From NCBI GenBank assembly GCA_963422645.2, contig CAXXVO010000015.1, forward strand, positions 128,001 to 192,000: 64,000 nt of DNA, read 5' to 3'. This document shows, in pieces, positions 60,503 through 64,000 of this stretch. The translations under genes were made by a program, and so were the position numbers. Origin of the DNA: Alphaproteobacteria bacterium. Lineage in GTDB: Bacteria; Pseudomonadota; Alphaproteobacteria; UBA828. Positions within the stretch are counted from its first letter, which is position 1, and each line of letters begins with the position of its first letter. The notes under the pieces are model-generated. The model made no database searches and was not told the DNA's origin. It saw nothing but the letters and a program-made list of their open reading frames with translations.

Positions 60503-61310
60503 TGCAAGATCTGGCCGCATTTGACCGCAGTTCTGATTTTATCTGACCGCCATTCTGATTTTATTTGACCGAAGTTCTGGCGACATCTGACCGCGATTCC
60601 GGCGGCACTTGACCGTCGGAGGTCGGGTCCGAGGCCCGGCCTGATCACCCTGCGGGCGCCACCCACATCCATGTTCCCGGGCGCGCCGATCCTCTCCCGG
60701 CTCAGCCTCATCGATTCATCGATCGACTCGAGGAGGCAGGGCCCCAATGAAGAGGATCGACACCATGAGCATCAGGGACATCCTTCGGCACCATCACGAC
60801 CTGGGCTTGCCCCGGGCGGAGATCGCGGTGGCCGTGAGCGTGAGCGCGGGGACGGTATCGAACGTTCTGGAGCGCGCACAGGCGGCGGGTCTGTCATGGC
60901 CATTGCCGTCCGATCTCGACGATGACGGGCTGCGCGCGCGCCTGTATCCGCCGGCGCCGCGAGAGAGCGGGTATGCGCAGCCGGACTGGGATGGTGTGCT
61001 CCGTGAGCTTCGAGCCAGGCGGAAGCGGCGCCGGGTGCACGCGACGCGCCGCACGCTTTGGGAGGCGTACCGCGACGAGACCAGGGCCCGGGGTGGGAAG
61101 GCGTACAGCTATAGCCAGTTCTGCGCGCGCCTGAAGGCGCACCAGGGCAGCTGCGGCGGCTCGGCGCAGATGCACTTCGACTGCGAGCCCGGGCTGTACG
61201 GGATGGCGGACTTCTCCGGCAAGACGCTGGCCCTTCGCACCGGGCGCGGCGAGACCGACGTGGAGATCTTCGTCGCGGTCCTTGCGCATTTGAACCTTCC
61301 GTAATGGGGC

Positions 61311-61741
61311 AGTTGATGTCAAACACAGATATTCACGATCTTCCGGCTTGGCACGGTCTCTTGAACATGAAGAACCATCGCCTGCGGCCGATCGTCGTCC
61401 CAGGCATGGTCAACATAGGTGGTTACCTTGGCAAAAGCTGCTAACTGACTCGCCCGGCGCGGCACAGAGAAGGAACTACGATCCCGGATGTGTCCGCCGC
61501 CAGGCTCTCGCTTCCGTCCGTGGTCGGCGCAGCGGCCGCCAACGTCATGCCTGGTCCAAGACGATTCCCGAGTGCCGATCTGATCTACGTGCTCGACCGC
61601 AACAGGGCGGTTCGGCGAACAGGGTTCAAAACGCGCATCTTCGGGAACCGCGTCCCGGCGAGGGGACACCGGTGGATCGCCACCTTCAGGCGCGACTCTT
61701 TCCTCCTCTCCTAATTGACTGTCGGTGGGATGCAGCCGCGC
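61311..61741 (-). ncRNA. Candidate bridge/seek RNA region
   Basis: Non-coding region 3' of the recombinase containing matches to both halves of the insertion site (61580-61589 and 61623-61630); RNA boundaries unknown. Confidence 0.7.
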
Positions 61742-62785
61742 CTATGCCGTCTGCAGCGCCATCGCCTCCTCGCGCGTAAACCGGAACCCGGCGCCGTCCC
61801 GCCACATCCGATGGAGCACCACGCCGATGCGCCGGGCCAAGGCAACCGTTGCACGCTTCTTGCCCCGGAGCTTCGTCAGACGCTGCGCCCAGGCCTTCAA
61901 CCAGTTCGGGCCGGTGGTGCGGTTCAGCATCACCGTGGCAGCCTGATAGAGCGCCGAGCGCAGACCTGCGTCGCCACACTTCGTGATGGCGCCGACGATA
62001 TCTCGCTCGCCGGATTGGGCCCGTCCCGGCGTCAGCCCCACCCAGGGGCCGACATCCTTCGATCTTCGGAAGCGCCCGGGATCGTCGATCGCGGACATGA
62101 AGGTCAGCGCTATGACGTGGCCGACGCCGGGCATGGTCATGAGCAGCCGGCACACCGGATCTTCCCTGGCCAGATTACGGACCAGCTTCTCCAGGCCGGC
62201 CAGCTCGCGGCGCAGAGCCGCCCGCGCGCGCAAGATCGGTTCGGCCGCGGCTTCCAGCATCGCGTTGCCGGCGATCAATTCCCGGACGCGGGCCTCGTAG
62301 CGGCCCTTGGAGACCTGGCCCAGCTTCAGGCCGAAGTTGCGCAACACGCCGCGCAGTGACAGCTCCATATTGGTGAGCGCGTTCAGCACCGACTTGCGCG
62401 AGGTCAGCAGCGCGCGCATCTCCTGCGATGACACCGACTTGCAGTGCACCGGCCGGAACCAGCCCATCTGCAGCAGCCGTGCGATGCCCTCCGCATCCCG
62501 GCGATCCGTCTTGATCGGCATCGCCTTCAGCGCGGCCTTCACCCGCCGGGTCTCCATCAGCACGGCCTCGAAGCCGGCGCCGGTCAGACCCTTGTGCAAC
62601 CAGTGGGACAAGGGACCGGCCTCAAGACCGATCGCGGCGATCTCGTGCTCCAGCTTGCCCATGAACGCAACGAGTGCTTCAGGCGTGCTGGCTACCTGCG
62701 CCTCGGTAACGATCTTCCCCTTCTCGCCGATGACGCAGATTGACGTGCTTGCCAGCGATACATCCAGCCCGATATAGACGTTCAT
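61742..62785 (-). CDS. IS110/IS1111 DEDD recombinase
   Basis: YIGLDVS, GLEAG, KTDRRDA, MPGVG, GLTP...QSG. Confidence 0.95.
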   Translation of the reverse strand: MNVYIGLDVSLASTSICVIGEKGKIVTEAQVASTPEALVAFMGKLEHEIAAIGLEAGPLSHWLHKGLTGAGFEAVLMETRRVKAALKAMPIKTDRRDAEGIARLLQMGWFRPVHCKSVSSQEMRALLTSRKSVLNALTNMELSLRGVLRNFGLKLGQVSKGRYEARVRELIAGNAMLEAAAEPILRARAALRRELAGLEKLVRNLAREDPVCRLLMTMPGVGHVIALTFMSAIDDPGRFRRSKDVGPWVGLTPGRAQSGERDIVGAITKCGDAGLRSALYQAATVMLNRTTGPNWLKAWAQRLTKLRGKKRATVALARRIGVVLHRMWRDGAGFRFTREEAMALQTA

Positions 62786-63986
62786 GTCGTTGCCCTTTCC
62801 TTCGAGGAATTGGGGCGCGCCTTGCGGCAAGACCCCGTGAACACGCTGAGCGTGTAAGGGCAACGACACCCGATTCGCTACCATCGCGACAGGCTTCAAC
62901 GGTGCCGATTGGTGCCGAGCCCCATTACGGCATCTGATCTGATCTGATCTACGCCGAGGCGGTCCCCGACCAGACGGTGCGCCACTGGACGATGGCCCAC
63001 CGGCGCGCGCTCGGGTACTTCGGCGGCACCCCCCGCCGGTGGATCATCGACAACCTCAGGTCAGGCGTGGACGATCCCGACCGCGACGATATCCGGCTCA
63101 ATCCGAGCTTCCGGGAGTTCGCGCTCCATTACGGGATCGCAGTGCTGCCTGCGCGCAAGTACCGGGCCACCGACAAGGGGCTGGTCGAGAGCTGCGTCAA
63201 GGCCGTCCAGACGCGCCTCCTGCTGGCGCTGCGCCACCAGACCTTCTTCTCCCTCGACACCATGAACGCGGCCATCCGCCGCGAGCTCGATCGCCTCAAC
63301 GATGCCCCCATGGCCAAGTGCGGCGAGAGCCGCCGCGCGCTCTTCGAGGCGAACGAGCGGACGGCCCTGGCCGCGCTGCCGGCTCACGCCCGGGAGTGGG
63401 GAGAGTGGGTCGAGCGCAAGGTCGGGCCGAACTGTCACGTCCGCTTCGAGCGAAACCACTACTCCGCGCCGGAGCGCTACATCGGCCGCCAGGTCGACGT
63501 CCGCGCCGGCGAACGCATGGTCGAGGTGTTCCTCGAACGCGGCGGCGAGCGCATCGCCGTTCACCGCCGCAAGGCCGGGCGCAACCAGTACGCCACCACC
63601 CCCGAGCACATGCCGGAGAACCACCGGGCGGTCTGCGATATCCGCCGCCCCGATTACGGCGACATCCTGCTCGGCCAGGCGCGCCGTATCGGAGCCAATG
63701 CCCTGGCCTGGGCCGAGCGGTGCTACGCCTCGCGCGACTTCCCCGAGCAGGCCTTCGCCACCGTGCAGGGCATGATCCGCCTCGCCGACGATCATGGCGG
63801 CGATCGCCTCGACGCGCTCTGCGCCGAGGCCCTCGACCTCAACCGCCTCGCGTCTGGCTTCCTCAGGGAGAGGATCAAGAACGGCGGCGAGCCCGGTCGG
63901 CCGCGCCCCGAGCACGACGAGACCATCCCCAGCCACGGCAACATCCGCGGTGGCGACTACTACGGCAACAACGGAGGAGCGACACC

Positions 63987-64000
63987 ATGACCCTGCGACA
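63987..64000 (+). CDS. istB: Start of probable IstB (truncated by window)
   Basis: GGAGG RBS and ATGA overlap with the istA stop. Confidence 0.55.

Larger units (their letters stand above)
61296..62943 (-). mobile_element. IS110-family, IS1111-group element (ends uncertain by a few bp; CT core)
   Basis: 12-bp subterminal IRs CCGTAATGGGGC at 61299-61310 and 62919-62930; long 3' non-coding region. Confidence 0.9.
60747..63990 (+). pseudogene. istA: IS21 transposase interrupted by an IS1111-type element
   Basis: ...ADFSG...FVAVLAHLN/LIYAEA...IIDNL...DKGLVE...HGNIRG..YY rejoins in frame. Confidence 0.9.
60503..64000 (+). mobile_element. Second type of IS21-family element, running off the window
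   Basis: TG start followed by repeated TGACCG..TTCTGATTTTA boxes (60503-60580), istA and the start of istB. Confidence 0.85.

Noticed and set aside
60503-60615. Short repeats TGACCG..TTCTGATTTTA near the cas operon resembling a degenerate array
   Set aside because: Spacing of about 20 bp without unique spacers; typical IS21 terminal transposase-binding repeats

Overview
High-GC alphaproteobacterial-type chromosomal segment, judged from ispB-DUF2007-tRNA methyltransferase-S49 and xth-erpA synteny, heavily invaded by mobile DNA. 1-8456: a four-element nest. An IS66-family element holds an unclassified 2.5-kb IS (17-bp IRs, 3-bp TSD), which in turn holds a second copy of itself and a different IS66 carrying a DNA adenine methyltransferase. 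8.5-26.8 kb: housekeeping and metabolic genes (tmpAB-like phosphonate oxygenases, acyl-CoA ligase, sixA, ispB, xth, erpA), with a dipeptidase split by IS66 and a GFA gene split by an IS4 whose transposase is fused to DUF4338/DruA. 26.9-64 kb: a mosaic island. It contains a Mu-like prophage remnant with no terminase, portal or lysis genes visible, bracketed by two inverted IS21 copies. It continues with a traD fragment, tandem tyrosine integrases (one split by IS4), and a cmr1-6 type III-B operon whose CARF-HEPN effector is split by IS110; no array, cas6 or cas1/2 was seen. It ends with IS5 and IS21 remnants, the IS21 istA being split by an IS1111-type element whose non-coding end contains segments matching both halves of its own insertion site. 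All family assignments come from motif recognition by eye, not database searches.
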